The position numbers were made by a program, and so were the translations under genes. A stretch of 64,000 nucleotides of DNA, from the NCBI RefSeq assembly GCF_009914755.1, contig NC_060928.1, one strand, 5' to 3'. The DNA comes from the human T2T-CHM13v2.0 reference genome, Homo sapiens. Under the pieces are notes generated by a model. That model made no database searches and was not told the origin of the DNA. It worked only from the letters and a program-made list of their open reading frames with translations. Every line of letters begins with the position of its first letter. Position 1 is the stretch's first letter. This document shows, one piece after another, positions 38,334-52,735 of this stretch.

Positions 38334-40046
38334 AGCAATGCAGTGCTGGGAGAAAGCAAATGCACAGCAGTTGAGGTGTTGCAGGGCAGTGCCTGATTCT
38401 GCCTGAGAGCTCAGTATTGTCTTTTCATCTCTAAAAGGGGAATAGGAAGAATAGCATCTAACCCATAGGTAATGCAATGCTTGGATATAGCATAAGCTAT
38501 AGCATAGTTTTGCTCATCTATATGATGTGGCTTAAATATGGATATATAGATTTGTACCTTATATATAGCTTAAATATAGACAAGGAGCATCGAGTACACA
38601 GTGTCTAGTTCACGGTAAGAATTCAATAAAATATTAGCTAGTGCTCATTTAGGCACAGAACAGACTTCACAAAGGAGATGCCCCTTGAACTAGCTCCTGG
38701 TGGATTACAAGAAGGCAGGGGTTGCAGGCAGATGAGAGGAGATAACGAGGCAAGGGCCTGCATAAGGCATTCAGGTGACCACTTGCTCCAGTGTGGCTGG
38801 GACAAGAAGGAACTGCGGCAACAGCAGAGGGGCAGGGACAAGAAGGAAGAAGGAGCCAGCAGAGGACAGGGAAGGAGTCAGTGGAGGACAGGGCGAGAGG
38901 TTTAGTAGGAGCCAGATCTCAAAAGCTTCACAGGGAAAAGGGAAAGACATCATCATCTGATTCAAATGACAAGCAGGAAAGCAGCATAGATGATAAAGCA
39001 CATCACAGATTCAGTGAGAACCTACAACTCCCCAATTTACCTCTTAGAGTCAAACTGCAAAGTTCCTATAACAATATAGTCAACAAGACCTGAAATGAAG
39101 ACTTTGTTTTCTTTCAAATGCAGCATTAGCAAGAATTTCATGAACATTCCCCTAAGGGAGGCTGATTCACTCTCTCTATCCTTCTCTTTGACTCTCTCTG
39201 CCTCTTTCTCTCTCTCTCTCCAGCCACATTGCTTTATATATCCTTGTCTATAGATGGGATGTGTACGTAACACCCTGAATTTGATAATCCACTGTTGGAA
39301 TGCCTCCATTTTAGCTTTTTAGCTTAAAAAAATCCAAGTCTAAAACTCAACAGGAAAAATCTAGTGTTATTTTTAAAGGCAAGATATCCAGGTGAAGACC
39401 AGAGAAATTTATATTCAGGACCTTAACACAAAGAAAGCAGCAGCATTCGTATCCCACGTTACAATGTCCACTTTCTGTTGTTGAGCGGGTAAAGCCTGCA
39501 TGATCAGCTACAGAAAGCTTGTTCTGACATCTGGGAAGTGAAGACGGCCTCAGAGGCTCCAGGCAGGAGAAACATACAGTCTGATTGCTTCCCTAACCTA
39601 AACAGTCTCCTCAAATACAAATCCATTGTCTGAAAGAGTTTCCCATATGGGAAATAAAGACAAAAAGATAAACTGGACTTTAGCCCCATACTGACATTCT
39701 CAGGGTTTTTCTATCAAAATAAAACCTTAAGAAGAGCAAGACAAAATCCTATGCAAAACTTATATTCATTCAGTGTCGCCATTTATCCGAATATTCTTCA
39801 CATTGTTGTCCCTGGTATCCTGTTATGAAGAGACTATAGTCATGGGTTCATTCCCAGTGCCTGCCTTTCAGAAGTTCACCCACTTCAGATACAGGCTGTG
39901 ATCATCTTCCTTTTTCTGAATGTATGTCTCTCACCACATCATTTTGCTGCCCTAAAATAGAGGTTCCAGATTCCTGTATCAATTCCAGTATTGAGCACAA
40001 TTTCTGAAAGCAGGCAATCAAATATGAGCTTCTTGAACACATGACT

Positions 40047-40098
40047 GGATGGATGGATGGATGGATGGATGGATGGATGGATGGATGGATGGATGGAT
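40047..40098 (+). repeat. (GGAT)13 tetranucleotide microsatellite
   Basis: Directly counted perfect repeat. Confidence 0.97.
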
Positions 40099-43000
40099 TT
40101 ATTGAGAGATCAGAGATCTGCACTTAGGATTAAAGAAGAAGTAAATGCTTTTACAGTTTTTTACTTTTGTTTTGGCTTGGTTTGGTTTTTTCTAAAGTAG
40201 GTGCAGGTGGCATCAAAGGACTAGTTTTTTTTTCCTCCAAAAACTAAGTTCCACAGCCAAGAAGGAGCCAATGACAGGCCACATTGCCTTGCAGTAGATA
40301 GAAGTATTTATTGGCCTTCTCTCCCCGCTTTCAGAAAATGAATGAGATATTTACCTCTAACTTTTCAAGAAATGTCTAGAGGTTGTTTGCAAGTCTAGTC
40401 ATCCAAAGAGTTCCATTAATCTCCATTAGCTGACATCATCAGACACAGTTTCTTCCCATTTCACAAGAATCCCGGTTAAGCACCACCACTCACTTCCACA
40501 CTTGAATTTAGGCAGAAGGACCAAGAGCATATGAAAACCTTCCTTTCATGAGACAGGAGAGGCATTCAAGCACATTCGGAAGCTCCTTTCAAATATCAAG
40601 CGTGCAAGAGGCATCAAGATTTCCTAAAACTCGTTGAAACAGAAACATCGTAAGAACTTAACAATTATTAGGAATTTATATTTAGACGACTTCAAGAACA
40701 GATCCTAAGGCAATTCCCCAACTTGATGTCTTTCTCTTGCACTCACTTCAGGCTTTTCTCAAACATGGGATTCTTTACAGGAAAATGTGTCTGGAGATTA
40801 TTCCTTTTCATATTTCCCTATGACAATGTGACCTTCAGTGAATAGTGTGAAAAGTCAACCTCATTCATGTATTCAGAGCATTTATAAACATTGTATTTGT
40901 TCCGGTTATAGAACACATTTCATCAGAGAAAAATTGGGCTAACTTACCTGAGCCTCAATCTTTTATTCAGAGATCAGGCTCACTTATATGTCGATCTAAC
41001 ACTCATGTTGGCTCAATATAAACATTTGGTGCCAGCTTGAAGTAATTGTATCACTAATTACTATTGAATTATAGTGGAAATCATATAGAAGTACTTTTAA
41101 CATTCAGACTAGGACAAGAATGAGTCCATGTGATTAATGTTATTAACGTAACATTCAGCTCGGTAATATACCATAATGATCCGGCTATTATATTAAAGTG
41201 TTACTAAATATTCACTTAGTGCCAAAAAACACAGTGGGTGTAAGGTTTCTTTGTCGGATTTGGAATTTAAACAGCACTCTTTGTCACAGTTAAGCTTGGT
41301 ATAAAGCCCTAACAAACAAAATCTGCCTACTACAGGAATGTTTACAAAGGCACAGAAAATGCCCACAGAAGGAATCAGTTTATCATAAACAATACAAATA
41401 TTTACTTGATTATTTAATGGGTGCCCAGCATGTCTGTCCTTAATGTAGCATTAGTTGACATCAGGAACACACCATATGTGCAAATAATTAATTCAAATTA
41501 TGCCTTTCTTCCACTGAGTTCTCTTATAAGGAGCAGAATTAATGTCGAGGCATATTCAGGAGCAGGGAGTTGTAGGCCCCTCTCCATGACTGCCTTTATG
41601 AGTACCTAGTTTTTAATACTTCATCCTCATTGTCATTCCGCTGCCAAGAGCTGATGGCATTTGAAATGCTCCTACCGTGTTCCTTATGTAATCAGTAGGA
41701 TGACTAACATAGCGATTAAAAACCTGACTAGGCTAAAGATTTTCCTATGAGATTAAGCTTGCCCAAAATCACCCAAATAAGTCCACCCATTTTAACAACT
41801 GCCACAACTGCAAAATCAACAGCTAGCAACTATCCACTGTGGATGATCCAGCATTCCTAGCTCACAGGAATGGAAAGAGAAGCCAGCCATTCCAATGACT
41901 CTAAAGTGTTTTCAGTTAAGATGCTTGAGGCTTATTCATAATAAAGACATTCAAACCATATAAAGGGATTTTCTGTGGGCAATTATGCCGACCCTTTTCT
42001 CTATGAATTAATACATGGCAAACATTGGTTTGTATGGCATTTCGGATGAGAAAACCCTTAGCAGAAATGAGGTGCAGACACAAAGTGCTACGTTTAAAGG
42101 TGCAAGCACTGAAACCTTATCTTCCTGTCAAGCTGCTTCCAGGGAGGTTGCCCTGGGCCCACCTCCAATCTTGCAAGAGGCAAAGGTCTTGCACTTCTCC
42201 TCGCCTCTCATGACATCATGTTCTTACGCAGTTTTTCTTTAGTTCCTCAGGTTAGTAATAGCCAAGCCTTTTTTCTAAGAATAATAAGAAAAAAAGAAAG
42301 AAAAACCAAAGAAAACTTTAAAACTTACCTCTGATGAGGAAACTGAGCTTTCCTGAGAGCAAATAATTCCACTTCTATTATGTGATTATTCATTTATATA
42401 TTTCTGTGTGAATATACATATGTATTTGTGTATACGTGTGGACCCATATACATGTAGACCCATATATATGTATGCATTAGAGAGTTGTAAAGGTTGAATT
42501 AGACACTGCACATGAAATGAACAGAATAATACCCAACAGCTAGTAAGCTCTCAATAAATGATAGCTACTATTACTATCATGGTTGAATTATATCACAGCA
42601 TCTGGCATGGTGCTTGACACGTATCGATACTCAATAAATAGCAGATGAATGAATTATTACTAACTCTCACCATATACCCACATATGCAAGGAGACTAAGG
42701 CACAGAGAAGGCGCCTTTTGTAACTTACCCAGCATGACACTTCTACCAAATGCTAAATATAGGATTTCAACCAGATCTGTTTGAGTCAGAAACCCTGGCC
42801 CTTCTCAGTACTCTCTGCAGATCCTACCATAACAAGCTAATGCAGAGATGGCATTGAAAAAAAAAAAAAGAAAAATTAATGGATTGATTTCAAGTTGCAA
42901 TGGGACTTTGAAAGACTATAAAGCCTATCATGAAAATAAAGGGGAAAAAACCTTCCAAGTTATTTAAAAATATGTTCCCAAGATTGCTCAATATTTTACA

Positions 43001-46000
43001 GCTGACTCTAAAAAGTTAACATCCAAAATCACAAATTTATTCTCTGCCCGGTGACATTTTCTTCTTTTCTAATGAATTTGTATTTAAGAGGAAAATTCCA
43101 AAATTGAAACAATGGCAATGATTGAGTAATTCATTCCTCAGTGCTATATTAGCAATTAATTAAATCTACCCAGCAATATACAGAAACCAGTCATCTGCCC
43201 CTGTATTTATTTTATTTCACTTCATTTCCTGTATCTTGTATATTCCCCAAAGCAATTCTTTGCAGTAATTTTACCTTCCATGCACAAATCTAATAATCCT
43301 TCTTGTTCTTAAGCATCACAGGTGCAGCTGTATTGTTATTAGATTATTAAATGTACATCAGATAAATTCCAGTTGGGCTGCATTCTCCAAAATGCCTTTT
43401 TTCCCAATCACATATTTTCTATTTTTTCATAAGTAAACACTGAGGTCTTTATTAGCAATAGTTTTTTTTTAATATATGCTTCAACTTTTCTTCTTATACA
43501 TTTTGTTGCTAATCACAGGATTTAGTCAGCCTCCTATGCACATTCACGACTCTGTAATCTTAACAAGCTATAGGCAGATGATTGACAGATAATACTTGAC
43601 AGCTTCAAAATTAGAGAATATAAAATGAAAATTTTAGAACAGCCAGATCACTTAGTATGCTAGGCTTCCAGTTTTGGCTTTTCTCCTAATCATCAACTTG
43701 TGGAGAGGAAGTAAGGGAAAGCAAGGAGCTAAACATTCCCTCACTCTCTAGCCTACTGGATGAAAACCACCAGGCTTGAACCAGCCTGAAAGAGTCATCA
43801 GTCAGAAATTATCCAGCCAAGAGTTGAAATGCACGCCATCAAAATATTAAGTCAAAAATATGATTCGTTGGCACTTAAACCAAAACACCATCATCTCCTT
43901 CCCAGAGCCAGCCAAAATGTGCTTTTCACAAATTTTATTCCGTTTCATTCACTGAAGAGAGTTATCGTTTATGTAGCTTGCTCCTTAAATCTTTAATGAG
44001 AAAAGAAGTCATGTCATGTTTATTGAAATGATTAAGCCAATTTTTATTGACTTTGTTCAATTTATGTGGGAGCTGAAATTTACCTGAAGCCTTTCTATTC
44101 TGGAAAGAATTGATTGGTGACTTTTTTCCTGCTATATTTGACTCAACTACCAGTGATCGAGCAAAGAAAAGAAGTTTGCTGTCTGTTTGTTTCACTTCCT
44201 TTATCTTCTATATTAAACCTCCCCACAACACAACCAACAACAAGCATATTTTCCTCTGTTTCAAGAGAATTGGGTGACACAAACCTTATACCAATTAAAC
44301 TAGTAGCATAAAATGTTTGGGACGTTCCAAAGTCCATGCCTACCCAAACAGATGCTACTCAAAAAACTTGAGCCTGGTTCAAAGCTTTCTATCCTGCTCT
44401 CCCCAAGACCTAAATTCTGAGGCTATTTTCCGTCATCACCCCCATTGTAATGAATTAGAAACCAACAAAACCTAACACGGGCAGCCCTTCTTAGAGGTTC
44501 CCATTGATAAAACGCCATAGAGATGACTTTGTTTTCTGAAATAGAAACGAGTATTTTCCACCCTTTTCTGCAACTTCCAAATCTGATGATGCTTGCAAGG
44601 TGACAATTATGCTGAGATTCCTTCCAGGGACATTTATGAAGGGAGAAATAAGTGACTTCAGGATTGTTATTTTATATACACACTTGTGGAAAAAACACAA
44701 AGCTGTATGTTTTTAAACTCCTGCTCTTTTCTGGTGTGTACGTTCAAAATAGATCATAATGGATAAAATTGTTCAAATGTGACTTCCCTCCTTTTGAAAA
44801 GCAATTGCTGTCAAGAGAAGCATTTGGGTTAATGATTCGTAATCACTAGTAAGAGCCTAAAGGTGAGCAACCACTACTGTGGAAGGAAAAGTGGGCATCC
44901 CAGGAAGAAATGGGGAAGGAGACTCCTCAGGAAAATCACAGAGGAAGAGGCTAACCCTGCATTTCCACCATCAGAGAAATGTACACTAAATAGCCATAAC
45001 TAGGCCAAATTATTCCCAAGAACTATATTGTTTAGTCTAGAATCAAGGTTGAAAGAGCAGACACAGAAAGAAAACTTCTGATCCTCAACACTCATCTTGA
45101 CTTAAAAGGCATTTATTTAAAAGCTTAAGTATAACGGGCTCACATACTAGAAAATTCCAAATGAAATGGGCTTTGCAATGAGCTCTGATATGTGAAGAAT
45201 CTGGTTAACTAAGCTAAGCCAACCTGTTTGCAATTATGAAAAATGAAAGTCATTCCAAATTAATGCAAATAATAATAAGTAATTTAGGAGGAACAGTGGG
45301 AAGATATCAGGGACATCTTAAAATGCCTAAAAATGTCTTTTTCTTTTTTGCTTGCTTAGAAATAGAAGTTAATTTCTATAAACATTCTTATGGAGTGGGC
45401 ATGTATTACTATCTAAACTGCTGCCTTAATGAACATATTGTTGTTGTTTCTTTGTCGCTAGAGAAAAAATAATAATAAGGCAAACCTGCCCATTTTCAAG
45501 CTCCTTTGGTGCTTGATGAGGTAGGTGGTGCTTTGTAACAAGACAGTGTTACCAGAAATTGTAAAACACTCCAATAAACAGGGACAATCGCTGCAATCAT
45601 ATGCCAGGCCCTCCCAGGGTGCAGCTAGGAAATCCAGCCTTTTATTCGAAAGACACAATATCATCACTCTCCAACACACCCTTTATCTATACACTAACCT
45701 ATGGTTGCTACATGAAGAGAGAAAGGAAAAGATATCAACATTATGTAAGTAAGGTTTTCTAAAAATACCTTCCTACAACTTGCCAAAATGACTGAGATCT
45801 AATTCACTCTCAAGTCACAGAAACCTCAGTGCTTTGCTGTATGTTAAGAGGTGAGACGTGAATCGTCTTAACCAACTGGGTCAAATGTGAACTGAAAACT
45901 ACAGTAAGAAGGAATGAATTCTGAACTCTATTTGCATCAAAACTGGACTCCTTCAACTCAGACTCAGCAATCTGGTAAAGGAGCAATTTTGAAGTACCAT

Positions 46001-47958
46001 ACAATTTTAGGGTAGCAATCGTGAAATATAGCTGTGGATGGGACAGCCGCAGAAGGTTAACAGATACTTTCAATAAGTGATAAAGATATTTTGTAGTCAT
46101 GGTAACCTGCATGCAAATTTAAAACATTAAAAAAAATTATCTCCCCTTTCCCCTGATATCATTTATAGTTTTCTCTTTTCTATAGATCCTTGTCTGAAGC
46201 TGGGTACCTAAGATTCCAGCAATAATGGAATCAAATTTGGGGGGTTCTCTCTTCAAGGTGGACTTCAAAATTTTAGGGTACATTCCCTGAACAAGGGCTT
46301 TTAAAATGGCAATACATTATTCTATACATTTGTACCATATAATTTATACCACACAAAATATGAAAAAGACCTTTAAGTGGCCTGTTTCCAATGGGCTGTG
46401 CAATAAACTGATTAATATTTTAATTAATTTCTTAAGTGCTACACTAAAGGGAGGTAGTTGAAACCTAGCATGCATGAAAGACAGGACTTTCCTCAGAACA
46501 AAAACGAAGAGACACATCCATCAGGAGACGCGGAAGAAACGGAGAGTGAACGGGAGGGAGATGGCAATTTTCTTGTGGCCTGTTAACTCAGTTTCTTTCA
46601 AACCATCTTATTCTCTCCTTTGAAATGAGCAGACACACAGAGTCTCCTGACAATGGAATGGAGACAAGTCAGAGATCCCAAGGCTCACTCTGCCCTATCT
46701 CCAACCTCCCACGAGCACCCCATCTGGCTCTGACAGCCACCATTTCAGAAGGGGACTGAAGCCTGGCCCACTAATTATCTCTTCCCAAGGCCACTGAATT
46801 TAAAGATATCAGCAAATTTGAGATCAGCATTACTGGAGAAAAAAGACTGGAAGAGCAGGGTGAGAACATGGATAACGGTCACCTCCTTCTTTTTGTGTAT
46901 TTCTCTTCGGTCAGTGTTTTAATTGAACACGTACATCACTCTTACATAGCTAAGAAGCCATCACAATTATTTTTTAAAACTAGTCTAACAGCTTCCCACC
47001 TCATGTTCAAGTCTGAGAATAGTTGCTTGATGAGGGATAAGGAAACATTTTCTCAGATCATTTTCACCGATAAGGCCAAGGAGTTGGAGGAATGGCATCC
47101 GAGACATGGAAGTTACAAGTAAATTAATTTGAATTAGAATAATAACAATGCTTTACACCCTAAATGCACTTTCCAATCACTATCTCATTTGTCCTTATTA
47201 TAACCCTATGAAGTAGTTAAGAGAAGCAGTACAATCCCCAATTTCTACATGAGAAAATTGAAGCTCAGAGAGAACAGAAAAAAAAAATGCTCAGGGTCAC
47301 ACAGAGAAAGAAATATAAAACATCAAACTCATTCACTTTTTAAAAACATGAGAGCTGGGAGCGTGCCATGCTTTTTTAACACCCTGCAAAGCTGTAGCTA
47401 TAAATGCAGCAAGAAGAATTTTGGCATATTTGCTGTTGCATAATTATTCAAGAAGGCACAACTGCCCCATCAACACATTTGACTAAGTCACAATGAAGAA
47501 AGGCAGCCAAGACTTTCGTGCCCGCCAACCCTCCGAGTTAGCAGGGGCTCGGCAAGTCACGATCACATCCTATGGCTCTATGTCACCTGCAGTGTGAGAT
47601 GACTCCACCAGCAGAAAGTGGAGGCTAGTAGGTGGGCTCCCACAGCAGTAAGCAATGTGCTATCTCCTTTTCAATCACTGTGATTCCATCAAAGAGAAAG
47701 GCTTGGCTTGGGGATAATAAGCCTCTACATTAAACTTCTAAGACTTAAGACTCTTTTAACAAAGGAAAAACAAGCTTCAGGCTCACAGCCTTCAGCAGGC
47801 AACAGCGTCTAGCTAAAGATGTTAACTTTTTGGTGTTCTTTTAACATTTTTTTTCAATATTCTTCTATCTATAGCAAGTGATACTGGTTTTCCATTTAAA
47901 ATGGTAACAAAATTTTTTCTACAAATAAATTTCCAGAGGTTAAAAAAAAGTGAAATAA

Positions 47959-48042
47959 ATAGATTAAGCCACATGAAACTACTAGTATTTATTTTAAATC
48001 AGAAATGGTCAAAAATGGGCACTTTCATATGGTTTGGCCTAA
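47959..48042. mobile_element. MADE2-like mariner MITE
   Basis: ~80 bp with degenerate inverted ends tagattaagccacatgaaa ... tttcatatggtttggccta. Confidence 0.7.
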
Positions 48043-48448
48043 TGGATGAATAATAGGTAGTAAATAATAGCGACGGTGTATAGACAAGACAGAATATATT
48101 TACATAGATAGATATGACACATAAGGAGACACATACAAATAACACAAAAAAAGAGTAGATGAATGACTTCGAATTGAAAAGCCTTGTTATTAGGATGATC
48201 ATAGTATTAAGTTGGAGTCCCATTCTTCAGAACAATACCCTTAAGCTATAACAATTTGACTCTCCACTCAATCCAGGCAAAGGCTTCTGGCTTCATTGTA
48301 GATTGGATCTCACTCTGGCCCAAGGCCAGCCACAAGGGAGAATTACATGCTCCAGACTCCTAAACAGATCAGCCAGAGAGCAGAAACAAGACCACAAGAC
48401 ATCCCACTCCATTCTCTTCTCATCTTCCTCTCAGTTTCTCCTGTCTCT

Positions 48449-48451
<3 letters not shown>

Positions 48452-48488
<37 letters not shown>

Positions 48489-48990
48489 AAGTTCTGGGAT
48501 CCATGTGCAGAACATGCAGGTTTGTTACACAGGTATACATGCACCATGGTGGTTTGCTGCACCTATCAACCCGTCATCTAGGTTTTAAGCCCCGTATGCA
48601 TTAGTTATTTGTCCTAATGCTCTCCCTCCCCTTGCCCCTCACTCCCGAAAGTCCCTGGTGTGTGATGTTCCCCTCTGTGTGTCCATGTGTTCTCATTGTT
48701 CAACTCCCACTTACGAGTGAGAACACATGGTGTTTGGTTTTCCGTTCCTGTGTTAGTTTGCTGAGGATGATGGTTTCCAGCTTCATCTATGTCCCCCACA
48801 AAGGACATGAACACATTCTTTTTTATGGCTGCATTGTATTCCATGGTGTATATGTGCCACATTTTCTTTATCCAGTCTATCATTGATGGGCATTTGGATT
48901 GGTTCCAAGTCTTTGCTATTGTAAATAGTGCTGCAATAAACATACATGTGCATGTGTCTTTATAGTAGAATGATTTATAATCCTTTGGGT
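48452..48990 (-). mobile_element. 5'-truncated L1PA7/8-like 3' end
   Basis: Long poly(T), L1PA 3' UTR, ORF2 C-terminus peptide KDTCTCMFIAALFTIAKTWNQSKCP. Confidence 0.92.
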
Positions 48991-49360
48991 TCCCATACCT
49001 TATATAACTTATGTTAAACCATACATGAAATACACAGACCCTCTTTGATCTATCAGGAACCATTTTATCCCACCTTCAAGCTTTACACAACTTTCTGTCC
49101 CCAATACACTTCCTACAAAACAATCGAGTTGCTTAGAGCTTTGCAAAAGGTCTGAGTGGTGGTAGCTACCTATCCTTCAACTGTATCATCCCTAACCCCC
49201 AGCCATTGTCTTCTCCAAAGAGCTGACAGAATATCTCCTGAAAAACCTCCAAGAAGTCTAAGAGGAAAAGGAAAAGGTGGGGGTGAGGGGAGAGTCCCTG
49301 AGTCAGATATGAAGATAGGAACCTTCTCCCTTCATAAATGCAACATGGAAAGTCAGTAGG

Positions 49361-49675
<315 letters not shown>

Positions 49676-49972
49676 TCAGTAGAATGAAATAAGGTTGCCT
49701 CTCTTCTGAAACTCCCTAGTGCTACTTATGGAAGGGACACTGATAAAGTTTCATCTCTCTCTCTTGCCTCCAGAGTTTGGGAGAAGCATATGTGTTTCCA
49801 ATTTGTTCAAGCTCCAGCTCATTCCATTCACCCCAGACAGCCACTAAACTAAGGCACATGAGCTACATTCTACTTCCCAGTCTTACCCTAACCAACTTTG
49901 CGACCTTGAGCACGTCATTTAACTCATTGGCTTTGAGTTAACTTAAATGCCAAATAAGGGAGTTTACCTAAA

Positions 49973-50147
49973 TCAGTGGTTCTCAAAGTTGGTTCCACGT
50001 AAGAATCACCTGAAGAGCTTTATAAAAACGCCCACACCAGGGCTCACACCTAGAAATTGTTGGCTAGGTTCCTGTGTGCTAGGCATTTGTAGTTTTTTAA
50101 GCTTCCCCTGTGGTTCTGCTATGCAGCTAGGGTTGAGGATCTCCAGC
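49973..50147. mobile_element. MER5-like hAT DNA transposon inside a MIR
   Basis: cagtggttctcaaagt...agaatcacctg...cttcccctgtggttctg...ggttgagga. Confidence 0.72.
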
Positions 50148-52072
50148 TTAAATCAACTCTAAGCTTCTTTCTAGCCCTGACAGTCTTTGAGTCCTTAATG
50201 CTAACTCAGGGGCTGGTGGCCTTTTCTCGTTTCTATTTGTTCTACACAGCCCTTATCAGTAAACGCTTTTGCCTTGGCTACACTTGCAGTTCTTAGTCTT
50301 ATCCAGAGAACGGCCCACACCAAAGATCTGAAGTTTATTTTTCTACCGAAAAGAACTTTTGAGTTTGGTGAAAAATATAGGCTTTGTAGCTACACAGGCC
50401 TGGTTTTGAATCTCACTGTGTGTAGTCTTGAGCAAGCTACTTTATTAATCTCTCTAAGCCTCAACATTCTCATCTCCAAAATGGGGATAATAATAGCTAT
50501 TTCATGGATCCTTGTGAAGAGTGAATGTATACAAAGTACAAATGCTGAATAAATGTTACTACTTCCTTCCTACAACTTGGAAGTGAAGGAGGTTCTGTGC
50601 TCACAGAGGAGAGAGCTGGCGGAAAGTCAGGCTGAATTTCTAGAATCCTTAAGAGCAGTCTTTGGCTAAGCAGATCAACACCAGCCCGGGGGACACTTAG
50701 AGCTTCAGAGCTCTGACTCCCTGCCATGAACATCGTCTTCCCTCCCATCGGCTGCACAGAAGCAGAAACACAGTCCAGTTCTACATTCTGGAAGGGAGAA
50801 GCTACAAGTGTGAACTCACAAAACTGCAGGCCATGAGATAAGTAGGCCAGTCCCGGACTCCTGCGGCGTGAGCAGCAGGAAAAGAGAGGCTAATGGTCAA
50901 AGGGACCTAATGAGGAAACAGTCGGGTCTGGCGATACTGGGGCAAAGAGGTGTCTGCAGCAGATGGAGGAGGAAAAAGATGAGCAAAATAGAAGATATTT
51001 GCCCTTTCCAGCTTTGGCAGGGCCATGGAAAGAATTTCTCAGACCACTGAGATTAAGCGGCAAGGAAAATGTTCAGCACAAAGCTGTGAGTAAGACTGCT
51101 GTTCAAAATTAGCTTTTCCCTATCAGTGCATATTTAGGCATAGGAATAAAGCTGGAAGGGAACACGCTAAAATGTTAATATCGTTTGTCTCTAAATATTG
51201 AATTTCTGGGTCATTTCTAGGCTCTTCCCTGTATATTTCTGCAGACTGCAAATCTATAATGAATAAAAATGTCTCTTACTATCAGAAAACAAATTGAAAG
51301 GAAGAAATGAGGCATGTTATACAAATTTATAAACGAGAGACAAGGAACAAGGTTGTGGGTGGGAAAAAGGAGAGCACAGGATTAAGATATCAAAAGACAG
51401 CTGTGTTTTTAAGAATAGATCAAATAAAAAATTGATAGGTTGCCCATTCATGAGACTATATATCTACAGTACTGAGGTCAGAATTTGCCACTGCAAATAG
51501 CAAGTAATCTGCTGTCTTTATTTTCACCTTTTTCACTTTCTGTGTTGACACTGGCTTTTCCAGTGTTTTGGAACCTGGCAATTGCTATGTGATAGCAAAC
51601 ACAAATAAATCACTGAGGAACAACGATGCAAATTCTCTAGCAAAAGGACCTAGCACTGAGCACAGACACACAGAAATCAAAACAAAACCAAGGAGGCACT
51701 GACGTTTCTTAAAACACCACTTGTCAGTATTTTTCCAATCCAAAAATACATGAAACCTCATACAGGATGTCATAGATTTCTAAGAGGTGATCCCAGATAT
51801 TAGAGTTAAAATTTTCCTACAACATTCAAACTGCTTCCTGTGGCCAAAAGATGATGGTTAACACCCCTGGGAGGGACAGATTTTTCCATTTAGAAAAGCC
51901 TCCATTTCATTGACCCAAGTTGGTATTTCTTTTCTTCTATCTGCCTCTATCCCTGGCTGCTGGTCTAGACTCACTCAGGGAAAGTTAACGAACAGTCCTA
52001 CCCTGTCACTCTATATTTTGAAACCTTTCCATGTGGCCTGGTTGCCAGGAATCACGAAGAAACCTTGTGTCC

Positions 52073-52277
52073 TCATAGTGGGGAACATCGCACATTGGGG
52101 TCTATCAGAGGGTGGGGGTGGAAGGAGGGAGAGGATCAGGGAAAGCAACTAAGGAGTTCTAGGCTTAATACCTGAGTGATGGAATAATCTGTATAGCAAA
52201 CCCCCATGACACAAGTTTACCTATGTAACAAACCTGCACGTGTACCCCTGAACTTAAAATAAATGTTAAAAAAAAAA
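52073..52277 (+). mobile_element. Old L1PA (L1PA13-16-like) 3' end
   Basis: aggcttaatacctgagtgatggaataatctgta...ccccatgacacaagtttacctatgtaacaaacctgcac...aacttaaaataaa then A10. Confidence 0.88.
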
Positions 52278-52735
52278 GGGCCAAGGATCTGAAGAGACAT
52301 TTCTCTAAATGAGGTATACAAACAGCCAGTAAGCACAAGAAAAGATGCTCAGTATCACTGAGTCATCAGGGAAATGGAAATCAAAAACACGAGATGCCAC
52401 TTCACACCCACTAGGATTGCTAGAATCAACAAGTCAGATACTAACAAGTGTTGGCAAGGATGTGAATAAATTGAAACCCTCATACCATGATGATGCAACT
52501 GTAAAAATGTGCACTATTAATTTGAGGAATTGCCAGACTATTTGGAAAAAATTAAACATGGTGTTACTATATGACCCAACAATTCCACTCCTAAGTATAT
52601 GCTCAAGAGAAATGAAAACGTGTCCACATGAAAACCTGCACCTGCATGTTTATAGCGGCGTTATTAGTAATAGTCAAAAAGTAGAAATGATCCAAACATC
52701 CACCAACCCCCCACCCTAAAAAAAAAAAAAAAAAA
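52278..52735 (+). mobile_element. Degraded L1M-type ORF2 3' fragment followed by A18
   Basis: gggccaaggatctgaagagacatttctc...atatgacccaacaattccactcctaagtatat. Confidence 0.8.

Noticed and set aside
51130-51200. miR-135-like word (rc of cataggaataaagc)
   Set aside because: Partial match with no hairpin; context fits an old L1ME-type 3' end
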